Assembly (NCBI GenBank): GCA_964036045.1
Contig: OZ038378.1
Location: 193,564,001-193,628,000 of the forward strand
DNA: 64,000 nucleotides
Reading direction: 5' to 3'
Origin: Eutreptiella sp. 'Long Island Sound 2002'
Taxonomy: Eukaryota; Protista; Euglenida
Positions 1 to 10,660 of this stretch are shown piece after piece (the stretch's first letter is position 1; each line of letters starts with the position of its first letter). Below the pieces are notes generated by a model that had not been told where the DNA came from, searched no databases, and saw only the letters and a program-made list of their open reading frames with translations. The translations under genes were made by a program, and so were the position numbers.

Positions 1-42
1 ACAGAACCCGTATTATCACACATGGTGAGGCAACCGACACAC

Positions 43-3000
43 CTCCAGTCAAGTGCACTACTCCACTTCCAGCAAAATCGATCATTCCATTGGTTCCAAC
101 ACGACCAAATGCTGAGGTGTCACAGAAGGCACTGAGCCAGCCAGCGCCGCTCCAGATCCAGTGCACCACCACAGGGTAAATGACAGCAGTCATAGCAATG
201 GAGACAATAATGTATCCCCCAACAGCACAGCGCTCCGCAACAGCTCCAGAGATGATGGTTGCGGTGGTTGCTGCAAAAGCCCACTGGAAGAACCATCCAG
301 CAAAGGCGGTGTTGGGGAAGTGTCCGCTGGAGACGAGGAAAAACTCACCGCCGCCGATAAAGACGTTCCTGCGATGGGACAGGCACACAGCTCATGTAAA
401 CAAGACCCAGTTGCCTTGATGCAGGTGCTCCACTTGTGGAAAGCAGACGGAACACTTTGAAAAATCTATCGTCTCTGCTTGAAACCAAACTGTCAACATC
501 TATATGGAGCAGCACTACACCATGCTTCACAATTGTTGTTGCCGTCAGCCTGAAGGCATTTCAAAGAGGGTGGGGGACACGTACCTTGGAAGCTTAGCCC
601 CCCCAGCCCCCAGCCGCACCCAATGGGCGCGACCTGGGTGAAAACACACAAAATGGGATAAAACATGCTTCACATTGGATATTTCATCATTGTGGGTGGT
701 CACAACATAAAAAAAATCAGCTCTTGTAAAAGTCTGAATTCTGAAAACTGCAAACTGAAAACTGTTGTGCGCCGGTCCCTTCAGACAGACACCCCCTACA
801 CCAACTGGCCAAATGGCGTGAAAACCATATCACAAACGTCTTAAACATGCTTCACATGGGATGTTTGATGATTGTGGGTGGTCACAGCTTGGGAAATACG
901 ATCGCCTTTGGCACTCACCTTGCAGAGAATTACCCACACACCAGTCAAAATGCTCAGAATAAAGTTCTGTGGACATCACCCCCCCCACCACCACTGTTTG
1001 CGCTCCTGTAGAGCTGCAGGGCACTCTACCATTGCAGAATGCTTACACTCCGCACTCAAGGTTATTGCCGCACTCAAGGTTATTGCCGTTTAGATCCTTA
1101 ATTCAATGTGCTGGTGCCACGACCTGCCACCGATGGAGAAACACAGCCAACACAGTGGCGTGGTGGATCGTCTTGAAGGGTGAGGGGCCAATAGGCGCCA
1201 CCAACTGCCGGGAGAGCAGCACCCCCGGCGTGCAAGAATACGGTAACAACACGGAGACCAACAGGTACCACCTTATTCGCTGTATGTCATCTGCCCCCTT
1301 GAATTGAAGCCGTGTGACAGGGGAGTGCAAAGACATAACAACAATGGTGCGCCATGGTGCAGTGCAGGACCTGGCCCTGCTGCATTGTTTTTGGCTGGGC
1401 CTTTTTCTGAAATGCTTTGTATGGTGTCATTGTTGCCACTCAGAGCGTCCTCAATCAAATACATGTGAGGGAGCTGCTGCAGCCATCCCCCCCCCATTGC
1501 GAGAACGACGCGCTAAAATTCCAAAATTTGACGGAAACAATACCTACTGTTGTTCTGACACAGGTGTTGTTTGCGCACACGGCGAGAAGACACAAGCAAT
1601 AAGAGCAAAATCAAGCATCATTGAGTTCGTATCAATCATGTCTTTGGAGGCAGGTCGAAATTAGTTGCTGCAGCGGGCCCGTTGTGGTGAGAAAGGCCGC
1701 AAACGGGGCACTGTAGTGCTGGAAATCTGTCACAAAAAAACAAATATGTGTTGACAACCAACCGTTTGTGATGGAGACAGCTTTGGTGAGGATCCTCATT
1801 CACATTGTGTACACCAGTTCTTACACCTACCCTGGACCCTCGTCTGAAAGTGAAGCAAGGAGCAGAATGGGGCAAGAAAACTGCAAGGGAGGGGCAGCAA
1901 GTGGCAGGACAGAAACCAGCGTCCCCAGAATACCATCCCCAGCCCCAAATCAATGAAAAAACTTGCTCTTCATTGAAAACCGGAAAATGGAACCGCCAAA
2001 TTCCATGGTTCCAAAAATTGCAGAAACAGGTCAGCCTATTTAGGTCCTGCACGCTGTGCGTACAGGGGTCAGCGCAGAAGCAGGACGTGGCAGAGCCACT
2101 GTGCCGCCCCCCCAAGCCTCACCCTTAGTGTACACGGCGCAAGAGAAGGACCTGCGCCAAGGGCTCAGGTTTTCTCACTGCTGGCCCTTCGGTGCCCCTT
2201 GCCCGCGGTCTCTGCTCCTCTCGGGGGTGTAGGCTCTCTCCCCGTACCCTCATCCCCTGATCACTGCTGTCGATCTGTTGAAGCCCACAGCGAAAAGACT
2301 GCGCGCTTCAGCTGGGCGATGGCGCCCAGGCGCGGGCGCTTTACTCGCTGTGCCAGCCCCCGCTGCCCCCCGTCCCCTCTTGGGCTTGCTGGGGGTGGAG
2401 AGCCCTGGTGACCCGGCTTTCACCGGTTGCTTGCCCGCGGCCGTGGGGCGGCGGAGTGCCGAGGGTTGGTTGAGGTCCCCCTGACCCCCCCCCCCCCTCC
2501 CTTGCGGGGCTGCCCACTGGCTACCCTCCTGTGCTTCCGTCCCCTCCCTGGGGTGGGCGTTCTGATTCTAGAAGCGGCTGCAATGCCATTGCGGCCGCCC
2601 CACCCTCTGCCGGTTCCTGGCCGGAGGCGGAGGTGGGGGGGTTGGGGGCGGGGTCCGCTGCCGCGCCCTTCTGGAACGTGTGATGGGAGGCGGGGGAGGG
2701 TGCGGAGAGTCCGCTCCTCGGCCCCTGCTCAAGGAGTAGGGTGGCCGGTAAGTGGGGGGCGAGATCCTGCGGCCGTGATCCCCCTTCTGCGTGCTCGGCT
2801 GCCTTGTGGCGCTTCTGGTGGCGCTGGGTCCCGTCCGCGGGGCCCCCCACCGACATTCGCTTCTTGCCTTTGCCCGGTTCTGTCCGGGCGCCTTGCTCTT
2901 GTGCCGCCGATGATGGGGCTGACGGTGCGGACTGGTCCTCTCTGTCGTTCTCGTCCTGGTTGTGTGGCGCACTCGGCCGCCGCAGCCAGCCATGCATGCC

Positions 3001-6000
3001 TCGGGCCGCGGAGACCCGCTCCGCCTGCGGCAGCCTCCGCCTGCCTGGCCGCGTGACGTACGATCTCCGGCCCGTGGGCGCTCTTGTTGCCCTGGGGTGG
3101 CCTGTGTGTCCGTACCGGCAGCAGTTTGCAACCCCTTGGCCCGTCGCCCGGCAGCGCTCGCAGGACAGTGCCCCATGCACGGGGCAGAGCCCTCTTGTGG
3201 AGCCTCATCCCTTGCCTAGCCCGCGCCGAGAGGAGAGGACCCCCTGCGCGGCTGCTGGCTGCGCCGCTCCCGAGCTGGCGGGCTGCTCTGCCGGCAGCGC
3301 CGGCGGGCAGCGCAGCAGCCGTTGCGCCTTAGAGCTAGGGCGCCTCAAGGGGTGGACGGTGTCGGGTATGGGACTAGACTACCGGAAGTGCTTTGACCTG
3401 ATGCCGCAAGGCTTCGTGTTTGAGGTTTGCACGCGACTGGGTGGGACGCTGAGGTCCTGGCGGCCCTGCAGGCGATGTATTGCCAGCTTGTCCGCGCCTT
3501 CAAGCTCGCCGGGGGCCTTGGCGACTGGTGGCGGGCCACCAACAGGATTCTGCAGGGGTGCCCTCTGTCGGTTATCCTCGTCAACGCCCTAATAGGGGTC
3601 TAGAAGGCGGAACTGGACATCCTTCGCGAGCAGGTGGTGGTCGTCACTAGGGATCTTCCCCCCTTCAGGACATTGGACGCAGATGACCCCACTTCGGTGG
3701 TGCTTGAGCAGCAAGGACCGAGAAGGGCGGACATCGGGGCCGGAGGCTATGCGGACGACACGGAGGTGGTCGCACCCAGTGCGGCAGCACTGCGGGGCAC
3801 AGTCCTGGCCACCGAGAAGTGGCTCCAGTTGACTGGGCAGGACGTCAACGCGGGCAAGTCCACGGTGTGGACCCTGGACAGTGACGCTGGTCAGCCCATC
3901 TAGCTACTGGGAGTGCCTATCCCGGAGGAGACGGAATTCCGGCGCCTAGGCATTGGCATCCGGGTCCCCCCGGCAAGGGGGACGGGTCCTTTGCTTAAGG
4001 ACCGCATCCAGCGAGGAGCCAGCGTGCTGCGGCGCATGCCACAACTCACCTCCCTCCAGCGCCACTCCATGGTGGCAGGCTCGCTAGCCATGGCGGTGGC
4101 ACTGCATGGTGTGCAGCTAGCTGACACTGCGGACGTCGGCTTGGCGCGGCCGGAAACCCAAACAGTCCGCGCCATTTGGGGTCCACCAGCCTCACGCCCG
4201 GCCATCGCACGTCCCCCACCATGCATACCAAGTACGAGAGGTTAGTGTGGATGGCCCAGCTGCTTGGGTGCCCGGGGTTGCCCAGGTCCTCATGCAAGCC
4301 ATCTGGGAATGTAGGGATGCACCCCCGCTACACGGGCCCGCGGGACGCGCTGTCCGCACGGCCCGGGCCCTGGGATGGGTCCCCATGGGGGTATGGTGGC
4401 GTTGGCACGTACCGGGGCACGGCGAGCTGTTGGACCTAGTGGCCGAGGACTGGGCCTTGCTGAGACACCGCATACGGGAGTCACTGCGACGGGTGGCACT
4501 ACTGCGGTTAGAGGCGCGGCGGCCACAGACGTTTGGGGGGCTGGCGGGGACCATTGACCGGCGGGCATGCCGGTTGGGCCTCGCACGCTTCCACGGGGAG
4601 ACCGAGCTCTCCATCTTGCAGGGCCTGCTCACAGGGGCCACATGGACTGCATCTCAGGCAGCGCATGAGGCCTACCCTGACCTGCCCGTACTGCGCGGCT
4701 CAAGTGACCAAGGACGAGCGACACATCCTCTGGCACTGCGCATGTTGGTCCGCCGAAAGGGACATATGGCTCCCGTGGCTGCAGGAGGCCACGGGCAACC
4801 TACCTGCTCTGAGCACGGTAGTCGATAACTGGCCAGCTTGCCTGCAGCATGCTTGTCTGGTTCCCTCGTGGGCCAAAGAAGGAGTCGACCCAGAACAAGT
4901 GGACGAGTTTGTCTACAGGTTGTTCGGGTTGGCCTTGTCGGTACTCATGGCGCGCATGAGGGCAGAACAAGCCGTGTCCAACAGGGGCCACGTTGGGCTC
5001 CTCTTTCCAGACATGCCGCGGCCGGGACAAGGGCGCACGTACCCGTGGCAGGAACTTGTCAGTCCGCTGCCGCGGCCGGACCGAGGTCCACAACTGCGGT
5101 TGGCTCCAAGTTTACCCCGCGGATGGAAGTGGGACCGGCAGCTGGCCGCAGACCTCGTCTCATGGGCTTCCGTGCTGCATTGGCGTGAGGGGGAGGTGTC
5201 GTACGCGGAGCTCGCCATGGATTTTGAGGCCACTTCGGGTCGGGCGCTGCCCGCGCGCCCAGAGCACGCCCTGCGGATGACCGTGCTTCCGCTGCAGGAA
5301 CGAGCAGCTGTCCTACGGCAGGCGGCCCGGGCGCTCCAGCCGCACCTACTAGTGGGACCCCTCCTACCTGTGGAGGAGTCCCCAAGGTGCCACTCCCTGA
5401 TTGCATTAGGGGGTTGTACGTGCCTTGGACTGAAGGGACGGCCCTACTTTGCCGCCCGCGGCGAAATGGTGAGAATGCTTGAGGGCTTGTCACGCGGTGG
5501 CAACGGCGGTTAAGCAGGCCCCTACACGCGGCACCGATGGCTGATTTCCCCGGAGGATTCTTTCCTCCAGCACCAGTAGGCAAGGCCCCCCTTTGACCGT
5601 ACCAGCGGAGCAGCTGGGTCATGGCTCCCATTGGCAGCGCTGCGCGCCGGCCGGAAGCCAAAGGCTAGGGGGTGCGCCCAGCGCTCCTGCGATGCCATCG
5701 CCTCCTGGAGCCGTGCCCCGGCCCAGAGGCGATAGACGATGGACGAGACAGTCAAGATGCAGGTGTGGAGGGCCCCAGGTGGCCCTTCCTTGGGTACCAG
5801 CGCAGCGTACCCACGGGTGAGGGCGCCCGGCCATCTCCCCGTCCTTTCCACGACGCCGAGGAGCGCCGCTAGCCAGTCCATCAGGTCCGGCGGCAGTGCG
5901 CGCAGGTCCTGCAGCGCCCAGCCATCCAGCCCCAGCGCGGAGGGCTTCATGGGCCTGGCCCGTTGCGAGAGTCGCTCTCCTGTGAGGGGGGCGGACACCA

Positions 6001-9000
6001 TTGGCACACACCGTAGGTGGTGTCCATAAGCCTCCATGAAGCGGTCTACATCCGGTTCCGGCTGGTCTGCGTACTTGCGGTCAATGGGCCCCCACACACG
6101 CTGCAGGAGGGCGTCCATTTCCGGGATGTGCGATGTGGCCGTCCCGTCCTCCCGGGGGAGGAAGGCCACCGGGGGAGTTGTCCCCCTGCAGCCACCGGTA
6201 GACGGCGCCCTGGTCAGTGGACCAGGCGTCGTCGAGCCACTCCCTCCAACTTTGCAACCGCTGACGGTCCTACTGGCAAAGGACCGTCTGTTCCTTGGCC
6301 CGCAGCCCCTGCGACCCCCCATCCCCTCTTGGGCTTGCTGGGGGTGGAGAGTCCTGGTGACCCGGCTTGCATCGGTCGCTTGCCCGTGGCCGCGCGCCGG
6401 CGACTCGCTGCGGGCTGGCTGCCCCCCCCCCCCCCCGGATGGAATGCTGAGCCCCCCCATTCCGGGCCTGGTTGGTTGCCCCCCTGTGTCACCCCCCCCC
6501 CCCCCCCCGGGGTGGGGGCTCCGCTTCTGTTGGCGGCGCCGCGTTGTGGCCGTGCCTCTTCTCCGAATATCCGTCCGTCGCGGGCTTGCTCTTTCGTGAC
6601 GTGCCCAAGCCAGGGAGGGGACGCTCCTACCCGTAGGGAGACCTCGTGGGACCGCCCCCGACGCCTACAGAAGAAAAGCTGCGCCTCCAGCTCATGCCGG
6701 GACTGCCCAGGGGCTAGAAGTGGGACTGGCGGCCAGCAGCCCGTTCGCAGTGCATGCGGAGGGTTAGGACAGCTAGCCCTAGGCCAAAGAGGTGGTGGAC
6801 ACAGTCATCCACGGCCTCCACCTCGGCACCTTCCATGGCCCAGCCCAGGAGCAAGCATGCATTCCTTATGCAGGCTGGCCACTGGTCCAGACGCCCCAGT
6901 GCTGGGACACCAAGCGCACCCAAGGGAGCCACTAATCTCTTGCCTAAGCCCACCTCGGGCGGTCCCACAAAAGTCCCCCTCCGTTTCTGGCACCTGCTTG
7001 GGGCAGTAGGGGCGGTCAAGCGACGGCCGCATCTGTTGCCTGCTGGCCCGTGATGCGGTCCACGTCACCCCCGCCAGAAGGCCACGAAGGATGGAGAGTT
7101 CGGTCTCGTCCTTGTACCTGTGGAGCCCTGCCCTGCAGGCCCTGCGTTCGATGGACCCAGCTAGCCCCCCGAAGGTGTGGGGACGTGTGGCCTCAAGGTG
7201 CAGAAGCGCGGCCCGCCGAAGGCTTGGTGCCGCGGCAGCCCCCAGTCCTCCGCCACCATGTCTAGGAGGTCGTGCTGCCAAGGAACAGACCACTTCCACC
7301 AGCAGCCCTGCGGCACCCAATCCAGTGCACCCGCCGCGCGCAGGGCCCTCCCCACTGGCCCGGCAAGTGGGGGTGACTCGGTGCATTCCTAGATGGCCTG
7401 AAGGAGTAATGGTGTCGCCCCAGGACCCATGCCACCCTAGCTCGCCAAGTCGGCCTGTTGTGCTTCGTCCGCATGACGGGCGATGTCCGGTGACCGGGTG
7501 ACAGGAGGCAATAGACCACCTCGTTGGCCCTGCCAGGCCGTGTGGGGGCCAGATGGCCCGGACAGTTCGGGTCTCCAGCCTGGCCAGGTCAACGTTGGAG
7601 ACGTTGGCCAGCTCTACCCCATGCAGCGCCACAGCTAGAGCTTGGGCCCCACAACCGGCCTCCGGTGGTACGTGGCGAGCTACAGCAGACGGGGAAGGAC
7701 AACCCCCCCCCTCTCCATCCGCTGCCACAGTAAGGCCCGTTCCCCATTCCAGGCTCACCTGGATCCCGATCCCGAGGCGGCGGAACTCGCCCTCTATCGC
7801 CACAGCGTATGCATGATGCGAATCACCAGGGGCCATAGCCTTGGTCCCGCACGGGCCCGGCAGGGCAGAAATTGCTGCGGGAGGTTACGTTGATGACACT
7901 AAGGCGGTAGCGCCCAGCCCGGCCGCCCTGCAACGCCTCGCCCCAGCCACTGAGCGATGGCTGAGGCTCACAGGGTAGGAGGTGAACGTGGGCAAATCCA
8001 CGGCGTGGACTTTGGCTGGCGGCCGGCACAGCCGGTGCGACTGCTCGGCGCTCCAGGCGCAGCCCTGCCCACAGCCTGTAGACCACCAACAGGACCATGA
8101 GCGGCCGCATGTTGAGGGCCCCTGGCAGGCCCTCCTTCAGCACAAGTGCCGTGTACCCTCGGGGGAGCACCTGGGGCCACCGCCCCTTGCTCTCGACCAA
8201 ACTGAGCACTTCGGCCAGCCAATGCATGAGCGTGTGTGGCAGTGCCCGAGGTCGAAGCACTTCCGGTAGTCTAGCCCCACGCCGGATACCGGCCAGCCCT
8301 TCAGCCGTCCGAGCTCCAGTAGGAGCTGCGTGACTGCAGAACCATCCGCCGCGCTGCGGGCGGGTCTGAACCCGAAGGCCAGAGGGTGCGCCCATGTACG
8401 GCCAACTAGTCCGTGCCTTTAAGGTGGCAGGGAACCTGGGCTCGTGGTGGAAAGCCACCAACGGCATCCTTCAAGGGTGTCCGCTGTCGGTGATCCTCAT
8501 CAACGCCCTTCTGGGTGTATGGAAGGCTAAAATCGACAGCTTGCGGACGGGCGCATGGCTCGTGCCCTGCACGAGATTCGCTCCCCAGTTAGGGGTTCAC
8601 TGACCATGGGGACACAACGTAGGTGGTGCCCATACGCTTGCATGAACACGTCCACACTAGGCTGCGGGTGCGCCACATACTTGCGGTTGATAGGCCCCCC
8701 CAAGCGCTAGAGCAGCTCGTCCATTTCTGGGACGTTCGCCATTTCAGTGCCGTCTTCCCGGGGCAAAAGCACCACAGCTGGCGCCAGTCCATGAGGCGCC
8801 TCAGTCGAGTTTCTACCATATCGACGGCCTTCTGTAGCGCCGGAGACCAGGGCCCCAGCTCCGGGCCAGTTCGCGCTCTAGGATCCATATGGACCCCTGC
8901 GTGGCATGTGGGCATGACAGGGGGCACGTGACCGGCGACCAAGTCGGGTGGTGCTGCTTCGGGCACAGGCGCGCTGTGCGGATGAGCCCATTGGTGCCTT

Positions 9001-10618
9001 TGCCCCTCTTCTCCTGCGTGGGGGGCGAGCGGCAGTGGTCTGTCTTGCCGGACATCCTTTGCCTCTAGCCTAGGCACGCACAGTGCCAAGAGCAATTCCT
9101 CGGCGGCCCACGACCAAAACCCCCAGGCCTTGTCCACATCCCCTTTGCCCAACAGCTGCCGCCACCGCGGTGTCAGGGGTCCCACCATGGCTACCACCAG
9201 CTCTGCCAGGAGCTCGGCCTCAATGGGAGGTACCTGCAATTGGGGCGGGCGTACAAACCGGTGCACTCGCTGACTTGCCCGGGGCATATTCGCCGTGCGG
9301 ACGTCGACTAGGCACCCATCAATGCGATACAGCTGTGTGCCTGGCGGCCCCTGGTACCGACAGGGTGGGCTGCACGCCCTTGCTGCCTGCTCCTTGTCCA
9401 GATCTACGAGCCTCCGGCTGAGGAGCCTCCGACCGATAAGCGCAAGGGCCGGGGACCGAGGAGCACGCGCTGCAGGTCCCCCAGCGGGGCGTTGAAATCC
9501 CCCCCCACCATCTACGGGGCATTCCCGAGCCTCGCGGAATGTTTGAGCACACGGTCCATCAGCTGAGAATTGGCCTCAGGGGAGTCGACGACCCCGTACA
9601 CTCCCTGCAGGTGAAGAACCGCTGCTGCTCCGTCCCCACAAGCCATGTGGACATGGACCCATCGTGTAGAATCGTGGAGGCCATTGACGAGCCCCCCCCC
9701 CCCCTCCTTGCTGGGCGGTTGTGTGGCCCGCGCTGGGATGCCATCTTTCACTAGTATGGCCAGCCACCCCCCCCCCCCCCCCGGCAGGGCGTCCCACACG
9801 CCTCGGCCTCTCAACGGCAAAGGCCCCCCCAAAAGACCTGCCAGCCTCTCTCTCGAAGGACTCCGGTGAGCACTCTGCGCCTGCCTGGTCAGACGTGTCT
9901 TACTCAGGAATGCAGCGTCCACATCCCACGACCCACGTGTTCCAGGGGCCTGAGGGCTGTGACATTGGCTATAGCAACCCAGATCACAGGATATTGTTAG
10001 GCCCTGCGGCCTCTTCAGCCGCTGTGCGAGCACCCGGCTGAGCCCCGTCTGCAGCGAGTTCATCCCCTGGGCACGGGCAAAGCTCTCCGAACGTTGCAGT
10101 AACAGCAGCTCCCACTGTTCTGACACGGGGTGTCGTTGTCACAAGGGGAGGGGGTGTACAAATTCAGCTGAGCTTTTCTTTGGACTTTAGGTTGTGTCCG
10201 ACCATCAACTGTTGGGTCCCTCCGCGCGCACGCGCGTGCACACACACTCACGCAGAGTCCTTCCTCTGGCCATCAACCAGCGACGTCAGAAACCCACATA
10301 CCTGCCACCGGAGACCGTGTCGCCACCGTAGGCAAGCGCCCAACCAATAGCCCACCAAGACAAAGCGGCGCAGCAGGCATCCATGGAATTCTTGAAGACA
10401 ATGTTGACAACGTTTTTCGCCCGGCAGGAACCACATTCCAGCATTGTGAACCCAGTCTGCATGAAGAAAACCACGATGGCGCACAGCATCAACCAAAGTG
10501 TGTCCAAGTCAGCGTTGGTCATAGGGTTTCCCGCAGTCTTCAAGGTGTCAACCTCTTGCTGCAACGCGGTAACTTGGGCCGTTAATTCGGCCCACGCTCC
10601 AGCTGAGACAATAGCCAT
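43..10618 (-). CDS. AMT: Ammonium transporter, copy A (partial: exon 1 10302-10618, exon 2 43-368; exons 3-4 lie beyond the left edge)
   Basis: Exon 1 MAIVSAGAW...[27 protein letters not shown]...GGDTVSGG ends AG|GTATGT. Exon 2 starts tcgcag|G AAC GTC TTT, giving the in-frame join GGRNVFIGG, and carries [10 protein letters not shown] and [13 protein letters not shown] before a G|GTGTGT donor. Intron 1 is expanded to 9933 nt. Confidence 0.92.
2135..10153 (-). mobile_element. Rearranged non-LTR retrotransposon (APE endonuclease plus RT LINE) relics, at least two copies with internal inversions, in AMT-A intron 1
   Basis: Minus 9250-9980: APE motifs (IANVTAL, LSKTRLT, AILVK, VYG, GGDFN, RIDG). 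RT N-terminal part at minus 5590-6300 and 7930-8250. RT core on plus 3328-5513 ([20 protein letters not shown], then CPYC...HILWHC). A second ILQGCPLS piece lies on plus 8380-8590. Many stops and frameshifts. Candidate 7-bp flanking repeat GTGTACA at 2128-2134 and 10154-10160. Confidence 0.9.
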
Positions 10619-10660
10619 TATGTCGGTTGCGGCAGTCTGAAAACAGAAAATGCACAACTT
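10619..10660 (-). promoter_or_regulatory. Splice acceptor (polypyrimidine tract plus AG) 18 nt upstream of the AMT start codon; repeated in every copy
   Basis: Minus strand reads gttgtgcattttctgttttcAG|actgccgcaaccgacataATG, with AG at 10638-10637. Confidence 0.65.

Noticed and set aside
2199-9869. Many overlapping 100-340 aa ORFs in the GC-rich block as separate genes
   Set aside because: They are shifted or antisense frames of degenerate LINE sequence.
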